Assembly: GCA_904396495.1 (NCBI GenBank)
Contig: CAJFOJ010000034.1
Location: forward strand, 113-64,112
Length of the DNA: 64,000 bases
DNA from: an uncultured Oscillospiraceae bacterium
GTDB taxonomy: Bacteria; Bacillota; Clostridia; Oscillospirales; Ruminococcaceae
Reading direction: 5' to 3'
Below are positions 9,733 through 19,097 of the stretch, in pieces (the first letter of the stretch is position 1; each line of letters begins with the position of its first letter). The notes beneath the pieces are model-generated. The model did no database searches. It saw nothing but the letters and a program-made list of their open reading frames with translations, and was not told the DNA's origin. Position numbers and translations under genes: made by a program.

Positions 9733-10586
9733 CAAAAGCAGATATTTCTGTCATCGTCCCGGTGTACCAGGCGGAACAGACCATCCGCAGGTGTATGGAC
9801 AGCATTTTGGCCCAGACTTACCCTAATTGGACGGTTCTGGCGGTGGACGACGGCTCTAAGGACAAAAGCGGGGCGATTTTAGACGAATACGCCCAAAAGG
9901 ACAGTAGGGTACAGGTGTTTCACCTGCAAAACGGCGGAGCGGCCCACGCCAGAAACTTTGCCATTCAAAAGCTTGGAACCCAATATGTGGCCTTTCTCGA
10001 TTCCGATGACTGGATGGAGCCGGACGCCCTAGAAGCTATGCTCCATATCGCCCAAAACACCGGCGCTCAGATTGTCCAGTGCATGTTTTACTACGACCAT
10101 CCAAACGGGGAGCGGTATCTCCCCCAGGACAGCTTTCCTGACGGCATGGTGGTAGGGAGAGAGGAGTTCCCCTCCACTGTTTTCCACAAAATGCTCACCG
10201 GGATGCAGCTCAACCACGTCTGGCACTCATTGTTCGAATCGCAGCTGCTAAAAGGCCTCTCCATGCCGGAGGACATGGCGACAGGGGAGGATTTGTACTT
10301 TTTAATCGACGTGTTTCCAAGGGCCCAGAGGTACGCTTACACCACAAGGCCCCTCTTTCACTACTTTAGACGGCCTGATGGGTTGACCGGCTCTTCGCTA
10401 GGACTGAGGACGAAAATCCACTGCAACTTTTTGCTTTCCAAAAAGCTGAGTGCGTCGTTAAAAAGCTGGGGGATGGACACCCCCTGGTACCATGTCAAGG
10501 CGTATCTGCGGCTGCCGCGGCTCTTTTTGTCCAAGGGCTACCGGATGGTGCGCAACGGCATGATGAAACTGAAAATCGGCGGGTAA
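9729..10586 (+). CDS. Glycosyltransferase family 2
   Basis: ISVIVPVYQAEQTIRRCMDSILAQTY...AVDDGSKDKS...FLDSDD. ATGA overlap with the upstream gene. Confidence 0.85.
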   Translation: MTKADISVIVPVYQAEQTIRRCMDSILAQTYPNWTVLAVDDGSKDKSGAILDEYAQKDSRVQVFHLQNGGAAHARNFAIQKLGTQYVAFLDSDDWMEPDALEAMLHIAQNTGAQIVQCMFYYDHPNGERYLPQDSFPDGMVVGREEFPSTVFHKMLTGMQLNHVWHSLFESQLLKGLSMPEDMATGEDLYFLIDVFPRAQRYAYTTRPLFHYFRRPDGLTGSSLGLRTKIHCNFLLSKKLSASLKSWGMDTPWYHVKAYLRLPRLFLSKGYRMVRNGMMKLKIGG

Positions 10587-10598
10587 GGAGATGGAGAT

Positions 10599-11957
10599 AT
10601 GACGGGTACAGCCATGGGAGCGGCACAGTCCACAATGGCGGAGAGGAAAAGAATCGACTGGAAGCGGTACCTCACCTATCCCAATGTGATTTTGGGCCTG
10701 GGCTGGATCATCTGCGTCGTCATCGGCATGGCACCGGCCATGGAGAGCCTGCTTTCCATCGCTATGCTGGGGCTTGCACTGCTGCTCATCCGCCGGGATG
10801 AGTTTTACATCTTTTTGATGTTTTTTATCTTTTTCGTCGACCAGTTTAACTACGGGTCAGACTCCCCAGCCTACCGGATTTACTCCTATTTGGTGCTCAT
10901 CAAATTCATCGTGGAAATCCCAAAGGCCAAGTTCCGGGTCCCTTATCTGCCCGCTTTTTTGGTGTTTTTCCTCTTTTGTATTTTTGGAGTAGGCTCGGTG
11001 GGGGGCATCCGTCTGGGACTCCACCTCTTTGCCGACGTCTTTATCATCTATGCTATTTTGATCCGCCTAAAGGCGGACCCGCCTCTGTTCCGGAAGATGG
11101 TGTTTCTCTTCGGCGCGGTGGCGGTGGCGGCAGGCATATACTCGATGGTGGCGGAAAACATCATCTCCTACGAAGTGGGACGGGAAGGTGTCCGATCGGA
11201 GGAAATCGTCCGGTACTGTGCCACCTTTGGGGACGCAAACTACGCCGGGTTTTACTACAACATCGCAATTTTCGGCCTTTTGAGCCTGAAAGCGCCTAAG
11301 TGGTACCTGCGGCTGCCCCTTATTTTGGCGCTTCACTACTTTTTGATGCTCACCAACAGCATTACGGCGTTTCTAGCTTATTTTCTCTGCCTCATGCTGT
11401 TTTTACTGCTCCGGTTTCCCAAAAAAGCGGTTATCATTTTCCCTGCGGCCGCCTTTGTGGCAATTGTCGTCATCGGTGTCATCATGGCGGTGCCGGCTCT
11501 GCAGGAGATCGATTTTATCCAGAATATCATCATCCGGGTCAGTGAACAGCTCCGGTACCTCCAGAGCGGACGTCTCGACATGTTCACCAGCGGCCGGACC
11601 GAGATTTGGGATTATTTTCTGACCTGTTTTCGCAATCAGGACATCTTGGGAAAACTCTTTGGCGGAAATGTAGTCACCTCCGCCATTACCGGCCCGGAGT
11701 TCACAGAATACCTGGCCTGCCACCAGGCTTATATCCAAGGATTGCTGGATTTTGGCATCCTCGGCGCCATCGTGGTATTTGCGACTGTGATCGGTAAGTT
11801 TTTTTACAAGTTCGTCACCTACTTCACCACCCATATCAAAGGGGAGAACGCCGACATTGTCCGAGTGGTGCTGATTTCCACCATGATGTGGCTGTTCTTT
11901 GGCTTTAGCATCGACTTCTTCCTGGATTGGCGGTTTATGTACTTTTTCTTCATTTAA
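10599..11957 (+). CDS. Wzy-type polymerase / O-antigen ligase-like polytopic membrane protein
   Basis: 452-aa ORF, hydrophobic throughout (about 10+ predicted TM segments) with one larger loop. Sits between GTs and Wzx in the locus. Confidence 0.6.
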   Translation: MTGTAMGAAQSTMAERKRIDWKRYLTYPNVILGLGWIICVVIGMAPAMESLLSIAMLGLALLLIRRDEFYIFLMFFIFFVDQFNYGSDSPAYRIYSYLVLIKFIVEIPKAKFRVPYLPAFLVFFLFCIFGVGSVGGIRLGLHLFADVFIIYAILIRLKADPPLFRKMVFLFGAVAVAAGIYSMVAENIISYEVGREGVRSEEIVRYCATFGDANYAGFYYNIAIFGLLSLKAPKWYLRLPLILALHYFLMLTNSITAFLAYFLCLMLFLLLRFPKKAVIIFPAAAFVAIVVIGVIMAVPALQEIDFIQNIIIRVSEQLRYLQSGRLDMFTSGRTEIWDYFLTCFRNQDILGKLFGGNVVTSAITGPEFTEYLACHQAYIQGLLDFGILGAIVVFATVIGKFFYKFVTYFTTHIKGENADIVRVVLISTMMWLFFGFSIDFFLDWRFMYFFFI

Positions 11958-11978
11958 TATCCAAAGGAGCGAAGGCTT

Positions 11979-13565
11979 GTGACAGGAAAAAGGATTTTTA
12001 AAGAGATGCTGGCAGTCGCGTTGGTCTTGGGAATGCTCGTTTCCTGCCTGCCCGGCGGGGAGGTGGAACGTTCTTCCTTTGCGGCGGTGCAGGATGGGGG
12101 CTTTGTGCTAAACGGTGAACCCTATGAGTTGAGGAGTATCGCCGTGGCGGTAAACGGCGGCGATGTCACGGAGGAGGACGATTATCAAACCATTTCGGAA
12201 TTAGGGTTTAACGCCGTCCGCCTCAACTGGGACTATTCTTTGCTGGAATCGGACAGCGACCCTTATATTTACCTGGATTCCGGCTGGGAGCTTTTGGATA
12301 CCCAGATTTCCTACGCTAAAAAATATGGCCTCAAGGTCATCATCAACATGCACTTCCCCCAGGGGGGCTACCAGCCGTCGGGGCAGGGGACTGCCCTCTG
12401 GACCGACGGGGAAAATCAAAACCGCCTTGCCCAAATGTGGGGCGCTATTGCAAAGCGTTATTGCCAAAACGAAACGGTTTTGGGCTACGGCTTGGTCAAC
12501 GAGCCGGTGCCCTGCGCCGGCAACCTGAAGGTCGGGTTAGAGCGGTGGAGCGATTTGGCCCAGAACATCACCGAACAGATCCGCAAGGTAGATCAAAACC
12601 ACATCATCTTTTTGGAGCAGGCGACCGGCATCGCCGATCAAAGCGGCGTCCGGAGCCCCCAGGTTTTCGGGGAGGAGTACCGCTACGGCTTCCCGGAAAC
12701 GGAGGACAAAAACACCGCCTACGAATTTCATTTCTACGACCCCTACGCTTTTACAAGCCAAATCACAGAACCCCAAGGGGACTCCTATAAACCCTACCTC
12801 AGCTATCCTAACGGCTTTGTAGTCGAGGCGCAAAATCCCCAATATGCGGACAACATCTACAAAGGGCCTGCTGCGGATCTCAGTGATTACGGGATTCAAA
12901 CCATCACGGGGGAACCTGTCCGCTACGACGGGGACGTACCCGCCTATTTCCAAGCAGGGATTTCTTGTGAATCCTCCCAGGCGGGGGGAGGCCTGCTGCT
13001 TTACGGACTCCGGGTGCGGGAATACGACGAAAATGGGGAGCTCTTAGGCGAAGTACTCAACCTGACCATGGAGGAGCCGGAGACTTTTTACATCTGGTCT
13101 TCGGAGACGAGCGGGAGCTCTCAGTACGACGAGGCGAAGCAGGCGGTCTACATCGAAAATACCGGAGGCAGTTTTTCCGCCGTCCTCAACGAGGCCAACA
13201 TCCCCATGGAAGAGGGCCACTCCTACCAGGTGGAAGCTGATTTGTCACTTTACGGGTTCCCGCCTGACGGCCGGGTAGTCCCTTTCATGAACCGCTATGA
13301 CTGCGAAAGCTACAGCGTTTTGGACAAAGAGTACCTGGAAGAGAAAATGAACACCTACGTCCAGTTTGGGAAAAAAGAGGGGCTCACCCTGTTTGTGGGG
13401 GAGTTTGGGCTCTCGGCTGCCGCCCAAAATCCCGTTCGCGGAGGGCTTCAATGGGTGTCGGACGTAAGGGGAATCCTGGAGGAAGCGGGCCTTGGCTACA
13501 GTTATTTTGCTTACAACGACCCCTATTACCCGCTGGATGCTCAAAACTGGAAAGGGGGAACCTGA
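11979..13565 (+). CDS. Glycoside hydrolase family 5-like lipoprotein with a large internal insertion
   Basis: GTG start after AAAGGAG. Lipobox-like LVSC. GH5 landmarks: NEP (12498-12506), HFYDPY (12729) and GEFG (13401). The two catalytic Glu codons are 300 codons apart. Confidence 0.7.
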   Translation: MTGKRIFKEMLAVALVLGMLVSCLPGGEVERSSFAAVQDGGFVLNGEPYELRSIAVAVNGGDVTEEDDYQTISELGFNAVRLNWDYSLLESDSDPYIYLDSGWELLDTQISYAKKYGLKVIINMHFPQGGYQPSGQGTALWTDGENQNRLAQMWGAIAKRYCQNETVLGYGLVNEPVPCAGNLKVGLERWSDLAQNITEQIRKVDQNHIIFLEQATGIADQSGVRSPQVFGEEYRYGFPETEDKNTAYEFHFYDPYAFTSQITEPQGDSYKPYLSYPNGFVVEAQNPQYADNIYKGPAADLSDYGIQTITGEPVRYDGDVPAYFQAGISCESSQAGGGLLLYGLRVREYDENGELLGEVLNLTMEEPETFYIWSSETSGSSQYDEAKQAVYIENTGGSFSAVLNEANIPMEEGHSYQVEADLSLYGFPPDGRVVPFMNRYDCESYSVLDKEYLEEKMNTYVQFGKKEGLTLFVGEFGLSAAAQNPVRGGLQWVSDVRGILEEAGLGYSYFAYNDPYYPLDAQNWKGGT

Positions 13566-13569
13566 TGCC

Positions 13570-14787
13570 GTGAAAAGACAAATCGCTTTTATTACCCCGT
13601 CACTGCTGCCCATGCCGCCGGTTCAGGGCGGGGCGATGGAAACGTTGCTGGATCACCTGTTGCGTTGCAATGAAAAAGCGGGTGATTTTGACATCACTGT
13701 CTTTTGCACCGGAGGGGAGGCAGCGAAAAATGCCGCGGCTGGCTATCGGCTTACCCGTTTTGTCTATCTCAACGGCAAACCCCTTTGGCCGGCAGGATAT
13801 GATCTGTTTATCCGCGGCTGCCGCAAGGTGTTTAAAATAGAGCTGAGCCCAGAACGGGCCTATTCAAAGCGAGTGGCACGGGCGCTGTCCCAGAGACAGT
13901 TTGACGCTGTGATCGTGGAAAATCAACCGGATTTTCTCCCCTTGGTGCGACGGGCGGCTTTTCATGCGCCCGTCTGGCTTCACCTCCACAACCACCCGTC
14001 TAACTTTGGAAGGAAGGCCCCTTTCAAAATAGCAGGCTGCGACGGCGTATTGGCTGTCAGCGATTTTGTCCGGCGGGAGGTCCTGCAGATGACTCCCCTG
14101 GATCCGGAACAGGTGGAGGTTTTTCCAAACTGCGTGGACGTTAGGCAGTTTGATGGGGTACGATACCAAAAGGAACGGGCGGAAATTCGTTCCCGGTTCG
14201 GCATCGGGGAAAGCGATGTAGTGCTGCTATACAGCGGCCGGCTGGTGGAGAAAAAAGGCGTCGACAAGCTGATAGAAGCGTTTTTAAAGGTGGATGACCC
14301 TAACCTCAAGCTCATGCTGGTGGGGAGCGGCTGGTACAGCTCCAACGGGGAAACCCCCTTTGTTTCCCGCCTGAAAAACCTGGCAGACAAGGCGCCCGGG
14401 CGTGTGTTTTTGACGGGATATATCCCCTTTCCCGAAATGCCCTGCTACTACGCCGCGGCGGACGTTTGCGCTGTCCCCTCCATTTGCGAGGAAGCTTCCG
14501 GTCTAACGGTGCTGGAGGCGATGGCCGCCGGAAAACCGCTGATTGCCACCGACGCGGGAGGAATCCCGGAAAACCTGTCCGATGACTGCGCCATCGTGGT
14601 CAAGCGGGACAAAAACCTGATTTCGTCCCTCACTGACGCCATCGGGACTCTCAAGGGCGACCCCCAGTTGCGCCGGTGGATGGGGGAGGCCGGGAAAAAA
14701 CAGGTGGAGGCACGGGACGTGGGACCTTATTATCAGCACTTTGTGAAAATGATCGATGAAATCTGTAGGAGAAGCTATGCGGACTGA
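13570..14787 (+). CDS. Glycosyltransferase, GT4-like
   Basis: GTG start chosen just after the GH5 stop (VKRQIAFITPSLLP...). C-terminal PSICEEASGLTVLEAMAAGKPLIATDAGGIPE motif. The track ORF (from 13492) overlaps the GH5 gene. Confidence 0.8.
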   Translation: MKRQIAFITPSLLPMPPVQGGAMETLLDHLLRCNEKAGDFDITVFCTGGEAAKNAAAGYRLTRFVYLNGKPLWPAGYDLFIRGCRKVFKIELSPERAYSKRVARALSQRQFDAVIVENQPDFLPLVRRAAFHAPVWLHLHNHPSNFGRKAPFKIAGCDGVLAVSDFVRREVLQMTPLDPEQVEVFPNCVDVRQFDGVRYQKERAEIRSRFGIGESDVVLLYSGRLVEKKGVDKLIEAFLKVDDPNLKLMLVGSGWYSSNGETPFVSRLKNLADKAPGRVFLTGYIPFPEMPCYYAAADVCAVPSICEEASGLTVLEAMAAGKPLIATDAGGIPENLSDDCAIVVKRDKNLISSLTDAIGTLKGDPQLRRWMGEAGKKQVEARDVGPYYQHFVKMIDEICRRSYAD

Positions 14788-16324
14788 AAATTCCATTCGA
14801 AACAGCGCCTTTGCCTTAGGTGGGCAATTTGTGAGCCTTTTGACCGGCTTTGTCATGCGGACAGTATTCGTCCGCACCTTAGGAGACGACTACTTAGGGC
14901 TCAACGGGTTGTTTACCAGCATCCTGTCCATGCTGTCCCTGACCGAGCTTGGGATCGGCACCGCTATCAGCTTCGCCCTTTACCGGCCGCTGGCCGAAGG
15001 AGATCAGCGGAAAATCGGCGCGCTGATGTACTTTTTTAAAAGGGCGTACCAGCTCATCGCGTTTCTGACAGCGGGGCTCGGACTTTTGCTGCTGCCCTTT
15101 CTCGACGCCATTACCAACGGTGTGTCCGAGACGGTACCCCATCTAACCCTCATTTACCTGCTGTTTTTGGGTAACACCGTTTTCAGTTACTTTTTTTCCT
15201 ACAAGCGGACCCTCATCACCGCCCACCAGAAACACTACTTGAACACCATCAACGAAAGCCTGTTCATGTTCATCCAGTACATCCTCCAGATGGCAGTGCT
15301 GGTCACCACCTACAACTACATCCTCTACCTGGTTGTCCAAATCGTTTGTGTGTTCTGCTCCAACCTGCTCATCTCCCGCAAGGTGGACAAAATGTATCCC
15401 TATCTGAAAAACTATAAGGGGGAGAAACTGGACGGAGAGACCCGGTCGATGATGAAAACCAACGTCATATCGATGATGTTCCATCGCATCGGCTCGGTGG
15501 CGGTGAGCGGCACCGACAATATCATCATCGCCCAGATCAGCATGACGGTGTTGGGGCTGTACTCCAACTACACCCTGATTATTGGCACCATCCGCACAGT
15601 GCTTTCCCAGGTGTTCAACGCCGTCACCGCCAGCGTGGGGAACCTCATCGCCGTTGAGAGCCGGGAACGCCAGTATGAGATTTATCAAAACATCAATTTT
15701 ATAAATTTTTGGATTTTCGGTTTTTTCACCGTGGCGCTGGGGCAGACGGTGGAGCCGTTTATTACCCTGTGTTTTGGGGGAGAGCGTCTGCTGTCTCGCG
15801 GGGTACTCTATATTTCTCTGATAAATTTTTATTTAAACGGTATGCGGCTGTCCAGTGTGCTGGTCATCAACGCGGCGGGGCTCTTTCGGCAGGTGAAATA
15901 CAAGTCCTTCATCGAGGCGATTGTCAATTTAGGGGTATCCCTCTACTTCCTCATCGCTTTGGACTGGGGTATCTACGGTGTGCTCTTGGGCACCACTGTG
16001 TCCTTCCTCACCACCAATTTGTGGTGGGAACCCTACACCATCTACCGTTTTGCCTTTCAAAAGCCGTTGCGAAAGTATTTTGGCTCTTATCTGATTTACG
16101 GAATTGTGACGATGGGGGCCTACCTTTTAGCGGATTTTCTCTGCGGGTTTATCGCCATCGGCGGATGGCTGGGCTGGATTTTAGTGGGAATCGTCAGTTC
16201 CCTTGTGCCAAATGCATTGTTTTTACTCCTGTTTTTCAAAACCCGTGAGTTTGGATATTTTAGGGATATCTGCCTGCGATATGGGCAGAAGCTTACAAAG
16301 AAATTAAACCGGAAGGGGGCGTAA
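14777..16324 (+). CDS. Wzx-type flippase (MOP/polysaccharide biosynthesis protein family)
   Basis: About 515 aa, polytopic, with a typical N-terminus (NSAFALGGQFVSLLTGFVMRTVFVRTLG). ATG preceded by AGGAG. Confidence 0.8.
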   Translation: MRTENSIRNSAFALGGQFVSLLTGFVMRTVFVRTLGDDYLGLNGLFTSILSMLSLTELGIGTAISFALYRPLAEGDQRKIGALMYFFKRAYQLIAFLTAGLGLLLLPFLDAITNGVSETVPHLTLIYLLFLGNTVFSYFFSYKRTLITAHQKHYLNTINESLFMFIQYILQMAVLVTTYNYILYLVVQIVCVFCSNLLISRKVDKMYPYLKNYKGEKLDGETRSMMKTNVISMMFHRIGSVAVSGTDNIIIAQISMTVLGLYSNYTLIIGTIRTVLSQVFNAVTASVGNLIAVESRERQYEIYQNINFINFWIFGFFTVALGQTVEPFITLCFGGERLLSRGVLYISLINFYLNGMRLSSVLVINAAGLFRQVKYKSFIEAIVNLGVSLYFLIALDWGIYGVLLGTTVSFLTTNLWWEPYTIYRFAFQKPLRKYFGSYLIYGIVTMGAYLLADFLCGFIAIGGWLGWILVGIVSSLVPNALFLLLFFKTREFGYFRDICLRYGQKLTKKLNRKGA

Positions 16325-16327
16325 AGC

Positions 16328-17038
16328 ATGAAAACGGCTCTCAAATCAGCCTTGAAGGAACAGTGGTTTCGACTACCCCACATGAAACGGAGGCGGGAAC
16401 GATACCTTTCCTGGATCCGCGCCCAATACGATTATAGCGCAAAACCGCCCTCCATCATCACCTCCTCCTGCATCGGCGGCCTTATCTCCCATAACCTGGG
16501 TCTTCCCTTTTGTTCCCCTACTGTGAACCTTTGGATGGACAACCGCGATTTTGTCAAGTTCGCCTGTGATTTAAAGCATTATCTCTCCTTGGAGCTCTCC
16601 TTTTTGCCGCCGGAGGAAAAGGAGCAGACATTTCCGGAAGGGGACTTTCCCATTGCAAAACTTGACGATTTGACGGTTTACTGCAACCACTATCATTCCG
16701 ACGACGAGGCCAAAGCTGCCTGGAACCGGCGGAAGGAGCGGGTGGACTACGAAAACCTCTACCTTATCTGCGACGACAATAGGCTCTCCGACGAGGAAAT
16801 TACCGCGTTACAGCAAATCCCTTGCAAGCGGATGGTCCTTTTTACAGCCAAGCCCCGGCCCCAGATACCAAACTCCTTTTGGATGAAGAAATACGAAAAG
16901 CTGGGGTATTTAGAAAACTACAATGTCCGGGGGCTTAATGGCTTCCGTGAATTCGAGCGGGTGTTCAATTACGCCAGGTGGCTAAACGGCGAGGGAGGCT
17001 TCTCTATCGAGGAGGGAAGGTGTTTCCACCAGATGTAA
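16328..17038 (+). CDS. DUF1919-type exopolysaccharide-locus protein
   Basis: The IITSSCIGGLISHNLGLPFCSPTVNLW segment matches my recollection of the DUF1919 signature. Last gene of the co-directional run. Confidence 0.6.
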   Translation: MKTALKSALKEQWFRLPHMKRRRERYLSWIRAQYDYSAKPPSIITSSCIGGLISHNLGLPFCSPTVNLWMDNRDFVKFACDLKHYLSLELSFLPPEEKEQTFPEGDFPIAKLDDLTVYCNHYHSDDEAKAAWNRRKERVDYENLYLICDDNRLSDEEITALQQIPCKRMVLFTAKPRPQIPNSFWMKKYEKLGYLENYNVRGLNGFREFERVFNYARWLNGEGGFSIEEGRCFHQM

Positions 17039-17054
17039 ACCCATAAAAATTAAG

Positions 17055-17090
17055 ATGCCGGGGGCAACGCACCGGCATTTTTGCGTTTTT
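17055..17090 (+). terminator. Rho-independent terminator closing the EPS operon
   Basis: 7-bp stem ATGCCGG/CCGGCAT (17055-17061 / 17072-17078) followed by a T-run. Confidence 0.6.
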
Positions 17091-17167
17091 TGTAGACATT
17101 TGTGCTGTTTTGTTGTATAGTTATATTAAGAAACAATAGAATTTTTCAGGGGAAAGGAAATGCTGCT

Positions 17168-18622
17168 ATGAAAAAAATTTCCATCTTCTCTTTTGGGCTG
17201 CTGCTCGTTGTCGCGATTTTTTGCCTTGGCTCTTGTTCGGGTACGTCCGGCAAAGAACTGAGCGGTGAGGGCAGTGAATACAATTGGGTGCTCGACACCA
17301 AAAGCCATACCTTGACCTTTGAGGGCAACCGGCAAGAAGGGCCCGGTGGTTATTCTTCCGTGCCGTGGGATCTGCCGGAAGTTCAGGAGGTCGAGCATGT
17401 ATTTGTGGATGGAAAAGTGGCCCTGTATTTCCCGCCGATTCAGCGGTTGGGCATGTTGGAAAACCTGAAGACCTATTCCGGCAGTTATAATGGGGCCACC
17501 TGGGTCATCGATTTGGAGGAGGGTACCCTCTCCATTGACGCCGACGGGGTAGTCAGCAATGAAATGTTTCCATTGGTAGAGGAAGCTTGGTCCTTTTTTG
17601 CCGATCGGGTGGGCCGTCTCGTCATCGGGGATGGCGTCACCTCCATCCAACAGGTAGTGGGTATAGGGAAACCTGCCGACCCCAGGCCGGTTTTGCGCGA
17701 GATGGGGTTTCAAACGGTGGAAATCGGGAAAAAACTCAAGTCTATTGAGGGACTGGACACAGTGGCCCAAGAGGCTTACGAGGTAGACAGCAAAAACCCA
17801 AACTTTTTTGCCTACGATGGGGTGGTTTACTACAAAGAGGACAATATTATTGCGGCACGCCCCACCGAAAAAGCGACTTTGACCTTTCACCCGGACATGC
17901 CGGAACAGATTGCGGGCATGCTGGGGGACTTTTCCTGGAGGCTCAATTTTATCGACCAGACCCTGACCTTTGAGGGGGATGGCGCCATGCCGGATCCCTG
18001 TAACCTGGTGGAGCAGTGTATCCCTTATCGGGATTCTATCCGCCGTATTGTCTTCGGCGACAGGATCACCACCATCACAAGGGAACAGGACGAGCGGACC
18101 ATTTTGAACTTGGAGGCGGATATCTGCGTATTGGGCAAAAGTATGCACCACAATATGCAGCTGACCCGCATGGCGGAGCAGGCCTACGAAGTAGATCCCG
18201 AAAATCCCTATTTATCAGTCTATGACGGCGTTTTGTACTCCAAGGATTATCGAAAACTAGTGGCGTTCCCCGCCGGGAAACTGGAGGTGGAGTACCACCC
18301 CAACATGACGGTCATCGGGCAGGATTCCTTTATCAACGCCCGCATCCCGCTGGTAGTGGTTCCCTGGGGCGTGACCATTGTGGAGGACAACGCCTTCTCC
18401 CATATGGGGAGTTACGGCGCGGCCGTAGTTTTGCCCGATACATTAGAGCTTGCCGGAACACACAAGGGAAATACCAAGGATTGGGCTACCGTTTACCTGT
18501 ATTCCGATGAAAACCAGGTAGCGAAGGAGGCTTACCCGGTCACGAATCAGGCCCTTGTAGCGAGGGTAAAGAAGGAAATCGGTTTTACCTCGGTCTACGA
18601 TTATTACCCCGACGTAAATTAA
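17168..18622 (+). CDS. BspA-type leucine-rich-repeat surface lipoprotein
   Basis: Signal peptide plus lipobox (LLLVVAIFCLGSCSG). Repeated AYEVD..NP....YDGV.Y.KD......P segments typical of BspA-like LRR proteins. Confidence 0.7.
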   Translation: MKKISIFSFGLLLVVAIFCLGSCSGTSGKELSGEGSEYNWVLDTKSHTLTFEGNRQEGPGGYSSVPWDLPEVQEVEHVFVDGKVALYFPPIQRLGMLENLKTYSGSYNGATWVIDLEEGTLSIDADGVVSNEMFPLVEEAWSFFADRVGRLVIGDGVTSIQQVVGIGKPADPRPVLREMGFQTVEIGKKLKSIEGLDTVAQEAYEVDSKNPNFFAYDGVVYYKEDNIIAARPTEKATLTFHPDMPEQIAGMLGDFSWRLNFIDQTLTFEGDGAMPDPCNLVEQCIPYRDSIRRIVFGDRITTITREQDERTILNLEADICVLGKSMHHNMQLTRMAEQAYEVDPENPYLSVYDGVLYSKDYRKLVAFPAGKLEVEYHPNMTVIGQDSFINARIPLVVVPWGVTIVEDNAFSHMGSYGAAVVLPDTLELAGTHKGNTKDWATVYLYSDENQVAKEAYPVTNQALVARVKKEIGFTSVYDYYPDVN

Positions 18623-18657
18623 AGTGTCCATTTAAACATGATATCTCAAATTAGAAA

Positions 18658-18687
18658 AAGCTGGAGGCTCTTGCTTCCGGCTTTTTC
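18658..18687 (+). terminator. Probable rho-independent terminator
   Basis: 8-bp stem with two G-U pairs (18660-18667 / 18674-18681) followed by TTTTT. Confidence 0.4.
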
Positions 18688-18785
18688 TAACGACATGATG
18701 ATTGGCTGGGTCAGGGTAACTTTTCAAAATATTAAGAGAATATGTTACTTAAAAAAGTTAGTTTTGAGATAAAAGAATAACAGCA

Positions 18786-18981
18786 ATGAAAAAACAAATT
18801 GGAGGAGCTTCGCAATCACCGTAGCAACCGGCGAGAGTGGCTAGCTGACGCCTTAGGAGTGTCCCGGCAGGCTGCCGATTTTCTGGAAAACCGACGGTAC
18901 AACTCGTCCGTCTTGCCGAAGCTTTTTTGTCCTGATGAGGGCAGATTTCATAGCCCTGGCAGCTTACATCATCCCCTATGA
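18786..18981 (+). pseudogene. Frameshifted small XRE-family helix-turn-helix regulator
   Basis: ATG then an A6 run (18789-18794). Removing one A gives MKNKLEELRNHR...LADALGVSRQAADFLENRRYN, a typical short HTH repressor N-terminus. The tail needs further shifts. Confidence 0.4.
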
Positions 18982-19097
18982 CGTTGATATATGAGCTAAC
19001 TCGTCTGCGAGATGCAGGCCCGTCCTTTTTTGAGAGGAAGGAATCACCAAGTGGAGCCTTTACATATACTGTTACCATAGAAAGGGAGGCTATGCTT

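Noticed and set aside
13492-13569. N-terminal extension of the GT4 ORF given in the track
   Set aside because: It overlaps the 3' end of the GH5 gene in another frame. A GTG at 13570 gives the canonical GT4 N-terminus (KRQIAFITPSL).
15143-16248. 181-aa minus-strand and 179-aa alternate-frame plus-strand ORFs inside the Wzx gene
   Set aside because: Both overlap the flippase ORF. Their Gly/His/Arg-rich sequences look non-protein-like.
17126-18151. 341-aa ORF on the minus strand
   Set aside because: It lies entirely antisense to the LRR lipoprotein gene. It has low-complexity Gly/Pro/Arg-rich composition and no RBS, so it is a typical shadow ORF in GC-rich coding DNA.
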